Notes: generated by a model from the sequence alone, not told the origin. DNA of 64,000 nt from Alphaproteobacteria bacterium (GCA_963555825.3 CAUVXB020000002.1:1600001-1664000); one strand, 5' to 3'. Counted from the stretch's first letter, positions 39,646 to 50,038 are shown. A program made the numbers and translations.

Positions 39646-40194
39646 TCAGTCGCCGGTATACCACTCGGGGAAATTTTCGCGCACGACCGCGCCGTCGCTC
39701 GCCAGCGCGTGGCAGCGGTCGAGGTAACCCGGCTTCGTCTTGGATGCGCCGTCGTCCGCCGTCTTCTCGCGCGACGACCAGATCGTCTGGTACGCCACCG
39801 TCGCCATCGGCCCGAGCAGTTCGACCAGATGGGTGCAACCATTCACGCCGCCGACCACCTCACGCACCTTGCGCATCCAGCCACTGCCGATCTGCAATCC
39901 CTCGATCATGGCGAAACGCGGCGTGATCGCCGGGCACAGCGCGAAGGGTCCGGCGTCGGTCACGGCCTCGGCGCCGCGCACGACGAAATTTTCGTCGACG
40001 GTCAGCCTGAGCCACATGTCGTGCAGCGGCTCGCCTGGCTTGATGTCACCCCGATGGCGGTTGGCGAAGACATAGCTCTTGGTGTCGGTCATATGCGCCT
40101 CGATGTCCCACAAACCGTCGTCGCGGCGGTAGCCGTGACATTCGATGGCGCGCTTGTGCAGCGGCTTGCGCGGCGCTGGATCGGAGAGCGGCAT
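39646..40194 (-). CDS. DUF2889 domain protein
   Basis: LHKRAI..GYRRDDGLWDIEA, GCTHLVELL, CHA. Confidence 0.85.
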   Translation of the reverse strand: MPLSDPAPRKPLHKRAIECHGYRRDDGLWDIEAHMTDTKSYVFANRHRGDIKPGEPLHDMWLRLTVDENFVVRGAEAVTDAGPFALCPAITPRFAMIEGLQIGSGWMRKVREVVGGVNGCTHLVELLGPMATVAYQTIWSSREKTADDGASKTKPGYLDRCHALASDGAVVRENFPEWYTGD

Positions 40195-40300
40195 GGTGAC
40201 CTCGGGTTGGGAGCCTCGTTCGGGACCGCCCCGATATAGAGCCGGCGGCGCGAATTGCAAGAAACTTCGCCGGGACGGCGACCTGGCCTCGGCGCGCGCG

Positions 40301-41590
40301 TCAGCTTTTCCGCGTGTCCTCGTCGTCGGGCGGGGGGGTCACGCGCAGCGACGTGATCTGGTTGCGCTGACGGGCCAGCACCTCGAAGTGGAAGCCTTTC
40401 AATACGAATTTCTGGCTGACCTCGGGGATGCGCTGCACCTCGTGGATAACCAGGCCGGCGATGGTGTTGGCCTCGTCGTCAGGCAGGCGCCAGCCGTAGT
40501 CGCGGTTGAGGTCGCGCAACGTCACCGTGCCGCTCACCGTGTACGAGCCGTCGGGACTTGCGCGCACACCGGTGTAGGCGATGTCGTGCTCGTCGGCGAT
40601 GTCGCCGACGATTTCCTCGAGCACGTCCTCGAGCGTCACCATGCCCATCAGCGCGCCGTATTCGTCGACCACCAGCGCGATGTGGGTGCGCCGCCGCCGG
40701 AACGCCTGCAGCTGCTGGATCAGCGTCGTCGTGTCGGGGATGAACCACGGCTCGGAGGTCATCGCGGTGACGTCGACCTTGTCGATTTCAGTCGAGTTCT
40801 TCGCGACAGCGCGCAGGATGTCCTTCGAATGCAGCACGCCGATAATGTTATCGGTCTCGTCGCGCCACAACGGGAATCGCGTATAGGGGCTCGACGTGAC
40901 CTGCTCGACGATGCGCGCCGGCGGCTGATCGGCGTCGATCATCAACATGTTCCGTCGGTGCACCATGATCTCGCCGACCTCGACGTCGCCGAGATCGAGG
41001 ATGCTGTCGAGCATGTCGCGCTCCTGCTTGATCATGTCGCCCTCGCGGCTGTGCAGGTCGATGGCGCCGCGCAGCTCGTCCTGGGCGCTCGTCATGCGCG
41101 CGCTCTCGTCGATGTTCGCGCCCATCAGCTTTAGCGTGACGCGCACGATGCGCTGGACCACCACGGTGACCGGTGAAAACACGACGACGACGACGCGCAT
41201 CAGTGGCGCGACGCCGAGCGCGACGCGCTCGGCGTTGCGCAAGGCATAGGTCTTGGGCAGCACCTCGGCGAAGATCAGCACCAAGAGCGTGACGCCGAGC
41301 GTCGCATAGGCGATGCCGGCCTCGCCGAACAGGCCGATCATTACGCTGGTGGCGAGCGACGAGGCGAAGATGTTGACCGCGTTGTTGCCCAACAGGATGG
41401 CGCCGATCAGCCGGTCCTTGTGGTCGAGCAATCGGTTGACCAAGCGCGCGCGCCGGTTGCCTTCGTTCTCCAGGTGGCGCAGGCGCGGCCGCGACGCGGC
41501 CGTCAGCGCCGTCTCGGAGCCGGAGAAGAAAGCGGATACGACGAGCAGCCCGGCGATCGTGAGCAGGGAGATCAGCAGCGCTGTTTCCAT
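40301..41590 (-). CDS. HlyC/CorC (CNNM) family transporter
   Basis: SAFFSGSETAL, CBS pair, VVDEYG, CorC C-terminus. Confidence 0.93.
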   Translation of the reverse strand: METALLISLLTIAGLLVVSAFFSGSETALTAASRPRLRHLENEGNRRARLVNRLLDHKDRLIGAILLGNNAVNIFASSLATSVMIGLFGEAGIAYATLGVTLLVLIFAEVLPKTYALRNAERVALGVAPLMRVVVVVFSPVTVVVQRIVRVTLKLMGANIDESARMTSAQDELRGAIDLHSREGDMIKQERDMLDSILDLGDVEVGEIMVHRRNMLMIDADQPPARIVEQVTSSPYTRFPLWRDETDNIIGVLHSKDILRAVAKNSTEIDKVDVTAMTSEPWFIPDTTTLIQQLQAFRRRRTHIALVVDEYGALMGMVTLEDVLEEIVGDIADEHDIAYTGVRASPDGSYTVSGTVTLRDLNRDYGWRLPDDEANTIAGLVIHEVQRIPEVSQKFVLKGFHFEVLARQRNQITSLRVTPPPDDEDTRKS

Positions 41591-41676
41591 GGCCTAATCG
41601 GAACCCGCCCAGCGCGTGCATGCGCGGGCTTGAGGGCTCCCAGTCCCTTTCATATGGCTCGGGGTGGGTGGCGTCG

Positions 41677-42831
41677 TCAAGGGCGTCCGGTCAAGGCGTC
41701 GTCGAGCAGGGCGCGGACGTCGTCGAGATCGACCTCCAGGCTCAGGTATGCGTCGCCGATGCCACGCGCGAGCACAAACATGACGCGCCCGTCGCGAACC
41801 TTCTTGTCCTGCGCCATATGCGCGACCAGCCGATCGGCCGCGCCGTCGCCCCCGCCGAGCAGGTCGGCGGGCGAGATCGGCAGGCCGATCGAACCGAGCA
41901 ATGCGCGAAGCCGCGCCGCGTCGGCCGCCGCGCAGTGGCCGAGCCGGACCGACAGATCGAAGGCCAGCACCATGCCGATGGCGACCGCCTCGCCATGCAG
42001 CAGCCGCGCGCCGTAGCCGGTCTCGACCTCGAGCGCGTGGCCGAAAGTGTGACCCAGGTTGAGCAACGCGCGGATCCAGGACTCGCGCTCGTCGGCAGCG
42101 ACGATGCGGGCCTTGGCGTCGCAGCTCTTGATCACCGCGTGGCGTCGCGCGGCGCGGTCGCCGGCGATCAGGTCGTCGGCGTGCGTCTCGAGCCATGCGA
42201 AGAAGTCGCCGTCGTCGATCAGGCCGTATTTGACGACCTCGGCGAGGCCGGCGCGGAACTCGCGCGCGGGCAGACTGTCGAGCACGCCGATGTCGGCCAG
42301 CACCAGGCGCGGCTGATGGAAGGCGCCGACCAGGTTCTTGCCGTGCCGGGTGTCGATCGCGGTCTTGCCGCCGACCGAGCTGTCGACCTGGGCGAGCAAG
42401 GTGGTCGGCACCTGAACGATGTCGACGCCGCGCTTCAGGATCGCCGCGGCGAAGCCGGTGAGGTCGCCGATCACGCCGCCGCCCAGCGCGACGATCGCGT
42501 CGCCACGCGCGATCCTGGCGTCGAGCAGGTCGTCGATCAGCCGTTCGAGATGGCCGAAGTCCTTGGTCGCCTCGCCGGGCGGCAGGATCACCGCGCAATG
42601 CTCGATGCCGCCGCCGTCGAGCGCGCCGCACAACGGCTGCAGGTAGAGCGCCGCAACGGTTTCATCGGTCACCACGGCGACCCGATGGCCGGGCAGGACG
42701 GGGTGCAGATGGCGCGCCGCGTCGGCGATCAGACCGTCGCCGACGACGATATCATAGCTCCGCTCGCCGAGTTCGACGCGCAGCCGTGCGGGTGCGTCGC
42801 CGGCGCTGTCCGGGGTTATCTGCTGGTTCAT
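41677..42831 (-). CDS. aroB: 3-dehydroquinate synthase
   Basis: GGGVIGDL, PTTLLAQVDSSVGGKT, LNLGHTFGHA, HGEAV. Confidence 0.97.
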   Translation of the reverse strand: MNQQITPDSAGDAPARLRVELGERSYDIVVGDGLIADAARHLHPVLPGHRVAVVTDETVAALYLQPLCGALDGGGIEHCAVILPPGEATKDFGHLERLIDDLLDARIARGDAIVALGGGVIGDLTGFAAAILKRGVDIVQVPTTLLAQVDSSVGGKTAIDTRHGKNLVGAFHQPRLVLADIGVLDSLPAREFRAGLAEVVKYGLIDDGDFFAWLETHADDLIAGDRAARRHAVIKSCDAKARIVAADERESWIRALLNLGHTFGHALEVETGYGARLLHGEAVAIGMVLAFDLSVRLGHCAAADAARLRALLGSIGLPISPADLLGGGDGAADRLVAHMAQDKKVRDGRVMFVLARGIGDAYLSLEVDLDDVRALLDDALTGRP

Positions 42832-43385
42832 GCGGTGTCCGTCGCCGACGCTTTGTCACGCGCGGCCAACGCCTTGATGATCTTGTCGACGACCGCTTCG
42901 TGCGGACCGTTGACGCTGTCGACGACGATGTCGGCCTCGGCATAGACCGGATAGCGTTCGTCGATCAGGCGGCCCAGGATTTCGCGCGGATCGCCCTGCC
43001 ACAACAGGGGGCGGTTGTTGCGCCGCGCACAGCGTGCGGTGAGCACATCGAGGTCTGCGCGGAGCCAGATCGAGATGCCCTTCTCGGCGACCTTCGCGCG
43101 TGTTTCGGGATCGAGGAAGGCACCGCCACCGGTACCCAGCACGCCCGGCTGGTCGTTGAGCAAGCGCGCGATGACGCGACGCTCGCCGTCGCGGAAGGCG
43201 GCTTCGCCATGGGTCTCGAACATCTCGGTAATCGTGCGGCCCGCCGCGGTCTCGATCTCGGCGTCGGCATCGACGAACGAGACGCCGAGCCGGGACGCCA
43301 GGCGGCGTCCGACCGAGGTCTTGCCCGCGCCCATCAGCCCGACCAGTACGACGGATTTCTCGAGCTTCGGTTTGGTCTCAGCCAT
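42828..43385 (-). CDS. aroK: Shikimate kinase
   Basis: GLMGAGKTSVG, GEAAFR, GTGGG, RPLL. Confidence 0.97.
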   Translation of the reverse strand: MAETKPKLEKSVVLVGLMGAGKTSVGRRLASRLGVSFVDADAEIETAAGRTITEMFETHGEAAFRDGERRVIARLLNDQPGVLGTGGGAFLDPETRAKVAEKGISIWLRADLDVLTARCARRNNRPLLWQGDPREILGRLIDERYPVYAEADIVVDSVNGPHEAVVDKIIKALAARDKASATDTA

Positions 43386-43560
43386 TCGGTTCCGTCCGTC
43401 GTGCCAAAGCCGGCGGGCTGCATCGTTGAATCGGTCCCCACAAGCCGGTAAACTGCCGCAAAATTGCCATTAATCCAATCTAGCATAGTTCCGTGCACCG
43501 CCGCACCCCGCCAACCAAGCCGCCAATCGCCACGCCGCCAATAGAATGACCGAGTAAGCC

Positions 43561-43722
43561 ATGCGCCGCGTTTCCGATTCCTCGACGCGACTGAATAGAC
43601 TGGCGATGCTCACCCTCGCCGTTCTCCTGGTGGCCGGCGTCGTCTTTCTCATGACGTGGGACATACCACCGCCCACGGCGTCGGTCGAAAGGTCCATCGC
43701 GGATGACCGTTTCCCGCAGTAG
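43561..43722 (+). CDS. Small single-TM protein (53 aa), missed by the ORF track
   Basis: MRRVSDSSTRLNRLAMLTLAVLLVAGVVFLMTWDIPPPTASVERSIADDRFPQ; overlaps the start of the next gene. Confidence 0.65.
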   Translation: MRRVSDSSTRLNRLAMLTLAVLLVAGVVFLMTWDIPPPTASVERSIADDRFPQ

Positions 43723-45469
43723 CGCGGCGCTCGCGGCGCTTCTTGCCGTGACACTCGCCAGCGCGACGCCGCTCTGCGCCCAGACCACCGAACCCCTGCT
43801 TATCGTGCCCGAGCCGGCGCCCGAACCGGTCAGCCCGGGCGCATCGCCGCCGGCCGCCGACTTCAGCGTCGGCGGCGATGTCGTGCTGGTCGAGGAGATC
43901 GACCCCGAGGCGGTCGGCCTCTACGAAGAAGCCGACGGCGGGTTCGGTCTCGATATGTGGCGCGGCAGCGCGCGCGCGCTGGTCGAGCGGCTGCTGCCCA
44001 GGCTGCCCGCCGGCACCGCGCGGCCGGTGCTCAACGACCTCACCCGGCGGCTTCTGTTGTCGACCGCGCGGGCGCCCGAGGGACCCGGCGCGACGAGCCT
44101 CCTTGCGTTGCGCATCGAACGGCTGGCGGCGATGGGCGAGGCCGTGGCGATGGGCCATCTGCTGCGCGCCGCGCCGCCCGATCTCGACGCCGCCGCCTTC
44201 GCCCGTGCGCGCATCGACGCGCTGCTCTTGGCGGGCGACGACGTGGCGGCCTGTGCCCAGGCGCGCGACCTGATGCGTGGCGACGACGCGCCCTACTGGC
44301 AGCGCGTCGGAATCTTCTGCCAGGCGGCGGACGGCCGGACCGCGGCCGCCAATATGGGGCTCGATATGCTCGCCGAGAGCGGCGCGGCCGACGATCCGGC
44401 GTTCGAAGCGATCCTGCTGGCGCTGGCCGGCGACGACGACATCGAGATACACAGCCTGCGCGACCCGACCGCCCTGCACATCGCGATGATGCGGGCCGCC
44501 GGCCTGCCGGCGCCCGGCGACGCCGCAACCGGCGCCAGCCCGTCGATCGCGCGTGCCATCGCGCTCGATCGCGCCATGCCGCTCGAGACGCGGCTGCTCG
44601 CCGCCGAGCGTGCCGAAGCGATCGGCGTGCTGCCGACCGAAACGCTGATCGAGCTCTATTCCAGCGTCGCCTTCGGCGCGGACGAGCTGGCCAATCCGCT
44701 GAGCCTTACCAGCGGCGATTACGGGCCGATGGCGCGCGCGCTCTTGTACCAGGCGATCGACATTCAGATTGGCCCGGCGGCGCGCGGCGAGGTGCTGCGC
44801 GCCTATCTGCAACACGCCCGCGAGGTCGGCGGCTGGCCGGGTTTCGCGACCGCATCGCGGGTCGCGCTCGGTCCGCTCATGCGTCTGGCGCCGTCGCCGT
44901 CGCTCGGCTGGATGGCGGGCGACGCCGTGCGCGCCCTGCTCGTCACGGGCCGCCACGATGTCGCGCGCGTCTGGCTCAGGCTGGCGGCCTCGGTGGCGTC
45001 GGTCGACGCGGAAGCGAAGGCCGCGGTCCAGTCGATCTGGCCGCTGCTGCGCCTGATCGACGACGAGGGCCGCTTGCCGTGGAGCGAAGCCCGCCTCGCC
45101 GCCTGGTGGGAAAGTCAAGAGGCCGCACCCGTTGTCATCCGCCGCGAGCGTGCTGAGATGCTGTTCGGCCTGCTCGGCGCGCTCGGCGACGAGGTTCCGG
45201 CCGAGGCCCTGCTGTCGATGCTCGAGGGCCGGCTGAGCAAGTGGTCGAAAACGCCGTCGCCGGCGCTTTGGCTACAGCTCCACGCCGCGGCCAACGGCGC
45301 GCGCCTCGCCGAGACCGTGATGCTCGTCCTGATCGCGCTGGATCCCGCGGTGCCCCGGCCGATCGACCCGCTGACCGCGTCGACGGCGATCTCGGCGCTC
45401 TACCGTGTCGGTCTGGTCGTCGAGGCGCGCGCGCTCGCGCTCGAGCTGGCGCTGGCCAGTGGCCTCTAA
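43703..45469 (+). CDS. Conserved hypothetical exported protein upstream of xerD
   Basis: Signal peptide, GFGLDMWRGS, helical repeats; GC-typical codon usage. Confidence 0.8.
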   Translation: MTVSRSSAALAALLAVTLASATPLCAQTTEPLLIVPEPAPEPVSPGASPPAADFSVGGDVVLVEEIDPEAVGLYEEADGGFGLDMWRGSARALVERLLPRLPAGTARPVLNDLTRRLLLSTARAPEGPGATSLLALRIERLAAMGEAVAMGHLLRAAPPDLDAAAFARARIDALLLAGDDVAACAQARDLMRGDDAPYWQRVGIFCQAADGRTAAANMGLDMLAESGAADDPAFEAILLALAGDDDIEIHSLRDPTALHIAMMRAAGLPAPGDAATGASPSIARAIALDRAMPLETRLLAAERAEAIGVLPTETLIELYSSVAFGADELANPLSLTSGDYGPMARALLYQAIDIQIGPAARGEVLRAYLQHAREVGGWPGFATASRVALGPLMRLAPSPSLGWMAGDAVRALLVTGRHDVARVWLRLAASVASVDAEAKAAVQSIWPLLRLIDDEGRLPWSEARLAAWWESQEAAPVVIRRERAEMLFGLLGALGDEVPAEALLSMLEGRLSKWSKTPSPALWLQLHAAANGARLAETVMLVLIALDPAVPRPIDPLTASTAISALYRVGLVVEARALALELALASGL

Positions 45470-46415
45470 GCAAACCGAACCGAAGATCGAACTCGCGCCG
45501 GGCGACGCGCGCCACGTCGACAGCTTTCTCGAGATGCTCGCCGCCGAGCGTGGCGCCGCCCGGTTGACGATCGACGCCTATCGCCGCGACCTGACCGACT
45601 TCGCCCGATTCGCCGGCGGCAGCGGCCGCGCCATCGCCGACGCCGACGCCGAGACGGTGCGCGGCTATCTGTCGCATCTGGCGACGCGCATGGCGCCCGG
45701 CACCAGCGCCCGCCGCCTGTCCTGCCTGCGCCAGTTCTACCGCTTCCTGTTCGCCGAAGATCTGCGCGCCGACGACCCGACGGCGACGATCGCGAGCCCG
45801 AGAAAATCCAAGCCGCTGCCCAAGGTGCTCGGCGAGGACGAGGTCGAACGCCTGCTCGCCGCGGCGCGGGCGCGCGAGGGCGCGCGTGGTCGGCGCCTGG
45901 TCGCGCTGGTCGAACTGTTGTACGCCACCGGCCTGCGCGTCACCGAACTGGTCGGCCTGCCGCTCGCGGCGATGGGCGGCGATCCGCGATTCTTGATGGT
46001 CACCGGCAAGGGCGGCAAGGATCGCCTGGTGCCAATGGGCGAGGTCGCGCTGCGCGCCGTCGCCGATTATCTCGAGGTACGCGCGGCGTTCGTGCCGGAC
46101 GGTAAAGTGTCGCCCTGGCTGTTCCCGTCGCGCGGCCGCTCGGGCCATCTGACGCGCCTGCGCTTCGGCCAGCTCTTGAAGGAACTCGCCGTCGAGGCGG
46201 CGATCAAGCCTGAGCGCGTCTCGCCCCATGTGCTGCGCCACGCCTTCGCGAGCCACCTGTTGGCGCATGGCGCGGACTTGCGCGCGGTCCAGAAAATGCT
46301 CGGCCATGCCGACATCGCGACGACGCAGATCTACACCCATGTGCTCGACGAACGGCTCAAGGCGCTGGTCCGCGACCACCACCCGTTGGCCGGCGGCGAT
46401 CGGCGTCGGGGTTGA
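45459..46415 (+). CDS. xerD: Tyrosine recombinase XerD
   Basis: LYATGLRVTEL, GKGGKDR, HVLRHAFASH, LGHADIATTQIY; aroK/accA synteny. Confidence 0.92.
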   Translation: MASKQTEPKIELAPGDARHVDSFLEMLAAERGAARLTIDAYRRDLTDFARFAGGSGRAIADADAETVRGYLSHLATRMAPGTSARRLSCLRQFYRFLFAEDLRADDPTATIASPRKSKPLPKVLGEDEVERLLAAARAREGARGRRLVALVELLYATGLRVTELVGLPLAAMGGDPRFLMVTGKGGKDRLVPMGEVALRAVADYLEVRAAFVPDGKVSPWLFPSRGRSGHLTRLRFGQLLKELAVEAAIKPERVSPHVLRHAFASHLLAHGADLRAVQKMLGHADIATTQIYTHVLDERLKALVRDHHPLAGGDRRRG

Positions 46416-46484
46416 CATCGGGCGCCCAACGCGGGATACCCCGGCGCCAGTTTGCCAATCACAATCGTCGTCGGGGGGAATGAC

Positions 46485-47459
46485 ATGAGCTTTCACATCG
46501 TCGAGCAGGCCACGCCCAGGCTGCACCGCAGCGAACTCGCCGTGCCCGGGAGCGAGACCAAGCTGTTCGAGAAGGCGGCCGCGTCGAGCGCGGACGTCGT
46601 GTTCCTCGATCTCGAGGACGCCGTCGCGCCCGACGACAAAGTGCAGGCGCGCAAGAACGTCATCGAGGCGGTCAACGATATCGACTGGAGCGGCAAGACC
46701 ATCACCATTCGCGTCAACGGCCTCGACACCCATTTCATGTACCGCGACGTGGTCGACGTCGTCGAGCAGACCGGCGGCAGGCTCGACATGATCATGATTC
46801 CCAAGGTCGGCAACGCCGCCGACGTCTATGCGCTCGACATGATGGTGACGCAGATCGAGGACGCCATGGGCTATGATAAGCGCATCGGCTTCTCGCTGAT
46901 CATCGAGACCGCGCTGGGCATGGAGAACGTCGGCGCCATCGCCGGCGCCAGCCCGCGCAACGAGGCGCTGCACTTCGGCGTCGCTGATTATGCCGCCTCG
47001 ACCCGGGCGCGTACGACCAACATCGGCGGCGTCAGCCCGGGCTATGTCGTCTTGACCGATCCGGACGACGACGGCGGGCGCGAGACCCACTGGGGCGACA
47101 TGTGGCACATGGCCGTTGCGCGCATGGTGGTCGCCGCGCGCGCCCACGGCCTGCGCCCGATCGACGGCCCGTTCGGCGACTTCAAGGACGCCGACGGCTA
47201 TCGCGCCGCGGCGCACCGCGTGGCGGCGCTCGGCTGCGAGGGCAAATGGGCGATCCACCCGTCGCAGATCGCGCTCGCCAACGAGGTGTTCAGCCCGTCC
47301 GACGCCGAGATCGACAAGGCGCACCGCATCATCGAGGCGATGGCCCAGGCGGCGCGCGACGGCAAGGGCGCGGTCTCGCTCGACGGCCGGTTGATCGACA
47401 TCGCCTCGATCCGCCAAGCCGAGGCGCTGGTCAAGAAGGCCGAGATGATCGCGGGTTAG
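46485..47459 (+). CDS. mcl: Malyl-CoA/beta-methylmalyl-CoA lyase (CitE-like)
   Basis: RSELAVPG, FLDLEDAVAP, IIETALG, HFGVADY, GKWAIHPSQ. Confidence 0.85.
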   Translation: MSFHIVEQATPRLHRSELAVPGSETKLFEKAAASSADVVFLDLEDAVAPDDKVQARKNVIEAVNDIDWSGKTITIRVNGLDTHFMYRDVVDVVEQTGGRLDMIMIPKVGNAADVYALDMMVTQIEDAMGYDKRIGFSLIIETALGMENVGAIAGASPRNEALHFGVADYAASTRARTTNIGGVSPGYVVLTDPDDDGGRETHWGDMWHMAVARMVVAARAHGLRPIDGPFGDFKDADGYRAAAHRVAALGCEGKWAIHPSQIALANEVFSPSDAEIDKAHRIIEAMAQAARDGKGAVSLDGRLIDIASIRQAEALVKKAEMIAG

Positions 47460-47465
47460 AGTTTT

Positions 47466-47584
47466 TGTGCGGCCATCTTTGGTGACCTGCGTTCAGTCGC
47501 CGCGCAAGCCACTCTTTATCCCACAAGGATTGGCCGGACGGTCGACGGCCCCCCTCTTGTCCCAATAAGACTGGCGCGGGCTGG
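47466..47584 (+). repeat. Dispersed structured intergenic repeat, copy C (1 unit)
   Basis: Homologous to copies A, B, D, E; starts just after the mcl stop. Confidence 0.88.
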
Positions 47585-47668
47585 CGGAATTCCATCTACG
47601 TTCGGGCTCGTTGCCCGGGAACGATTACAATCGTTCCCGGCGCGGCGCTGTGTTAACAAATTCAGATC

Positions 47669-48625
47669 ATGAGTACCTATCTCGATTTCGAGAAGCCGAT
47701 CGCCGAGCTCGAGGGCAAGATCAAGGAACTGCGCCATCTCTCCGACGGTGGCGAGATCAATATCGTCGACGAGATCACGCGCCTGCAGACCCGCGTCGAC
47801 CGTCTGCTGCGCCAGACCTATGGTAAGCTGACGCCGTGGCAAAAGACGCTGGTCGCGCGGCATCCCGAGCGGCCGCATTTTTCCGACTACATCGACGCTT
47901 TGATCGAGGATTTTACGCCGCTCGCGGGCGACCGTACCTATGCCGAGGACAAGGCGATCATCGGTGGGCTGGGGCGCTTTCGCGGCCTGTCGGTCATGGT
48001 CATCGGCCACGAAAAGGGCGCCGACACCGATGAGCGCATCGCACACAACTTCGGCATGGCGCGGCCCGAGGGCTACCGCAAGGCGGCGCGCCTGATGCGC
48101 CTCGCCGACCGCTTCGGCCTCGCCGTCATCACGCTGGTCGACACGCCGGGCGCCTATCCCGGCATCGGCGCCGAGGAACGCGGCCAGGCCGAGGCCATCG
48201 CGCGCTCGATCGAGACCTGCCTGGACCTGCGGGTGCCGCTGGTCAGCGCGATCATCGGCGAGGGCGGCTCGGGCGGCGCCATCGCGCTGGCCGTCGCCAA
48301 CCGCGTGCTGATGCTCGAGCACTCGGTCTACTCGGTGATCTCGCCCGAGGGTTGCGCCTCGATCCTGTGGCGCAGCGGCGAGAAGGCCGAGGAAGCGGCC
48401 AACGCGCTCAAGCTGACCGCCGCCGATCTGCTCGAGCTCGGCGTCATCGATCGGCTCATCGACGAGCCGGTCGGCGGCGCCCACCGCGACCCGGCGGCGA
48501 CCGCCGTGGCGCTCGGCGACGCCATCGAGGCGGCGCTCGACGACCTGGTCGGCGTCTCGGCCGGCCAACTCAAGAGCCGGCGCCACGAGAAATTCATGAA
48601 GATAGGCCGCGTCGCCGAGACCTGA
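47669..48625 (+). CDS. accA: Acetyl-CoA carboxylase carboxyltransferase alpha
   Basis: [42 protein letters not shown]. Confidence 0.97.
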   Translation: MSTYLDFEKPIAELEGKIKELRHLSDGGEINIVDEITRLQTRVDRLLRQTYGKLTPWQKTLVARHPERPHFSDYIDALIEDFTPLAGDRTYAEDKAIIGGLGRFRGLSVMVIGHEKGADTDERIAHNFGMARPEGYRKAARLMRLADRFGLAVITLVDTPGAYPGIGAEERGQAEAIARSIETCLDLRVPLVSAIIGEGGSGGAIALAVANRVLMLEHSVYSVISPEGCASILWRSGEKAEEAANALKLTAADLLELGVIDRLIDEPVGGAHRDPAATAVALGDAIEAALDDLVGVSAGQLKSRRHEKFMKIGRVAET

Positions 48626-48654
48626 CGGCGCGGCGGACAAGGAGCCTCGCCGTC

Positions 48655-49797
48655 ATGAGCCACGACGTCACCGAAGAAGCGCTGCCGGCGATCAGCCCGG
48701 GCACGGCGCGCTCACTCACGGTACACCGCTTCGGCGATGCCGCGGCGCGACCCAAGGCCTATCTGCACGCCGGCACCCACGCCGACGATATCCCCGGCAT
48801 GCTGGTGCTGCACCACCTGATCGGCCGGCTGATCGAGGCCGACCGGGCGGGCGACATCGTCGGCCATCTGGTGATCGTGCCGGTCGCCAACCCGATCGGT
48901 CTGTCGCAGCGCGCCAACGACAAGCTGATGGGGCGCCACGATTTCTCCGGCGGCGAGAACTTCAATCGCAACTTCGCCGACCTCGCCGAGGCGGTCACCG
49001 ACGAGGCCGGCGCGGCGCTCGGCGACGACGCGGCGGCCAATGTCGCGGCGATCCGCGCCGCGATGGCCGATTGGCTGGCCGCCAAGACGCCGGCGACCCA
49101 GCTCGAGGCGCAGCGTGTCACGCTCATGCGGCTCGCCGTCGACGCCGACATCGTGCTCGACCTGCATTGCGATTCCGAAGCCGTCATGCACCTCTTCCTG
49201 GGCAACCACCTGTGGCCCGACGCGGCCGATCTGTCGGCGCAGATCGGTAGCGAGGCGACCATGCTGGCGGTCGATTCGGGCGGTTCACCATTCGACGAGG
49301 CGCTCGGCCGGCCGTGGGCCGCGCTCGCCGAGCATTTCGCCGACAAAGCCATTCCGCCGGCCTGCCTCTCGGCCACCGTCGAGCTGCGCGGCACCGCCGA
49401 CGTCGACGACGCGATGGCCGCGACCGACGCCGACAACCTGTTCCGCTTCCTGCAGCGCCGCGGCGTCGTCGCCGGCGATCCCGGCCCGCTGCCCGAAGCC
49501 AAATGCGACGCGACGCCGTTCGAGGGCACCGACATGATCGTCGCACCGGTCGCCGGCGTCGTGGTCTACCACAAGGCGCCGGGCGACCGCGTCGCCGCCG
49601 GCGAGATCGTCGCCGAGATCGTCGACCCGATCGCCGCCGACCCGACGAAAGCGCGCACGCCGCTGACCAGTCGCGCGGCGGGCGTCATGGTCGGCCGACA
49701 CCTGATGAAGTTCGCCCGCCCCGGCGAGCACATCTGCAAGGTCGCCGGGCCCGAGCCGCTGCCCGACCGCGTCGGCGGCAATCTGATGACGGATTAG
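48655..49797 (+). CDS. Succinylglutamate desuccinylase/aspartoacylase family protein
   Basis: HADD, PVANPIG, NFNR, LDLHCD, TVELRG; C-terminal barrel-sandwich domain. Confidence 0.88.
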   Translation: MSHDVTEEALPAISPGTARSLTVHRFGDAAARPKAYLHAGTHADDIPGMLVLHHLIGRLIEADRAGDIVGHLVIVPVANPIGLSQRANDKLMGRHDFSGGENFNRNFADLAEAVTDEAGAALGDDAAANVAAIRAAMADWLAAKTPATQLEAQRVTLMRLAVDADIVLDLHCDSEAVMHLFLGNHLWPDAADLSAQIGSEATMLAVDSGGSPFDEALGRPWAALAEHFADKAIPPACLSATVELRGTADVDDAMAATDADNLFRFLQRRGVVAGDPGPLPEAKCDATPFEGTDMIVAPVAGVVVYHKAPGDRVAAGEIVAEIVDPIAADPTKARTPLTSRAAGVMVGRHLMKFARPGEHICKVAGPEPLPDRVGGNLMTD

Positions 49798-49798
49798 G

Positions 49799-50013
49799 TT
49801 TCCGGTCACCCTTTTGTGTGGTCACCTTCGGTGACCTGCGCTCAATCGCCGCGCATGCCAATCTTTATCCCACAAGGCCATTCTTAATCCCACAAGGCCA
49901 TTCTTGATCCCATAAGGCCAGTCTTGATCCCATAAGGCCAGTCTTGATCCCATAAGGACTGGCCGAACGGTTGGCGGCCCCCCTCTTGTCCGATTAAGAC
50001 TGTCGCGGGCTGG
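49799..50013 (+). repeat. Dispersed structured intergenic repeat, copy D (five tandem 20-bp units at 49858-49957)
   Basis: Units CCAATCTTTATCCCACAAGG, CCATTCTTAATCCCACAAGG, CCATTCTTGATCCCATAAGG, 2x CCAGTCTTGATCCCATAAGG. Confidence 0.92.
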
Positions 50014-50038
50014 CATCATCCGATTGATCGGATGATGC
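50013..50038. terminator. Perfect hairpin between convergent genes
   Basis: GCATCATCCGAT-TG-ATCGGATGATGC; no U-tract. Confidence 0.45.

Noticed and set aside
41591-41676. Possible small repeat or ncRNA between aroB and the corC-like gene
   Set aside because: Only a short palindrome (CGCGTGCATGCG) and no second copy in the window
45459-46415. Prophage or island integrase
   Set aside because: Sequence and aroK/accA synteny fit housekeeping XerD; no phage genes or att sites nearby
4252-47417. Long alternative-frame or antisense ORFs (e.g. 4252-6114-, 27393-29435+, 34325-36295-, 35509-37437+, 45135-47417-)
   Set aside because: Arg/Ala/Gly-rich shadow ORFs typical of high-GC DNA, overlapping well-supported genes
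49858-49957. CRISPR array
   Set aside because: The 20-bp units are contiguous with no unique spacers, and there are no cas genes in the window
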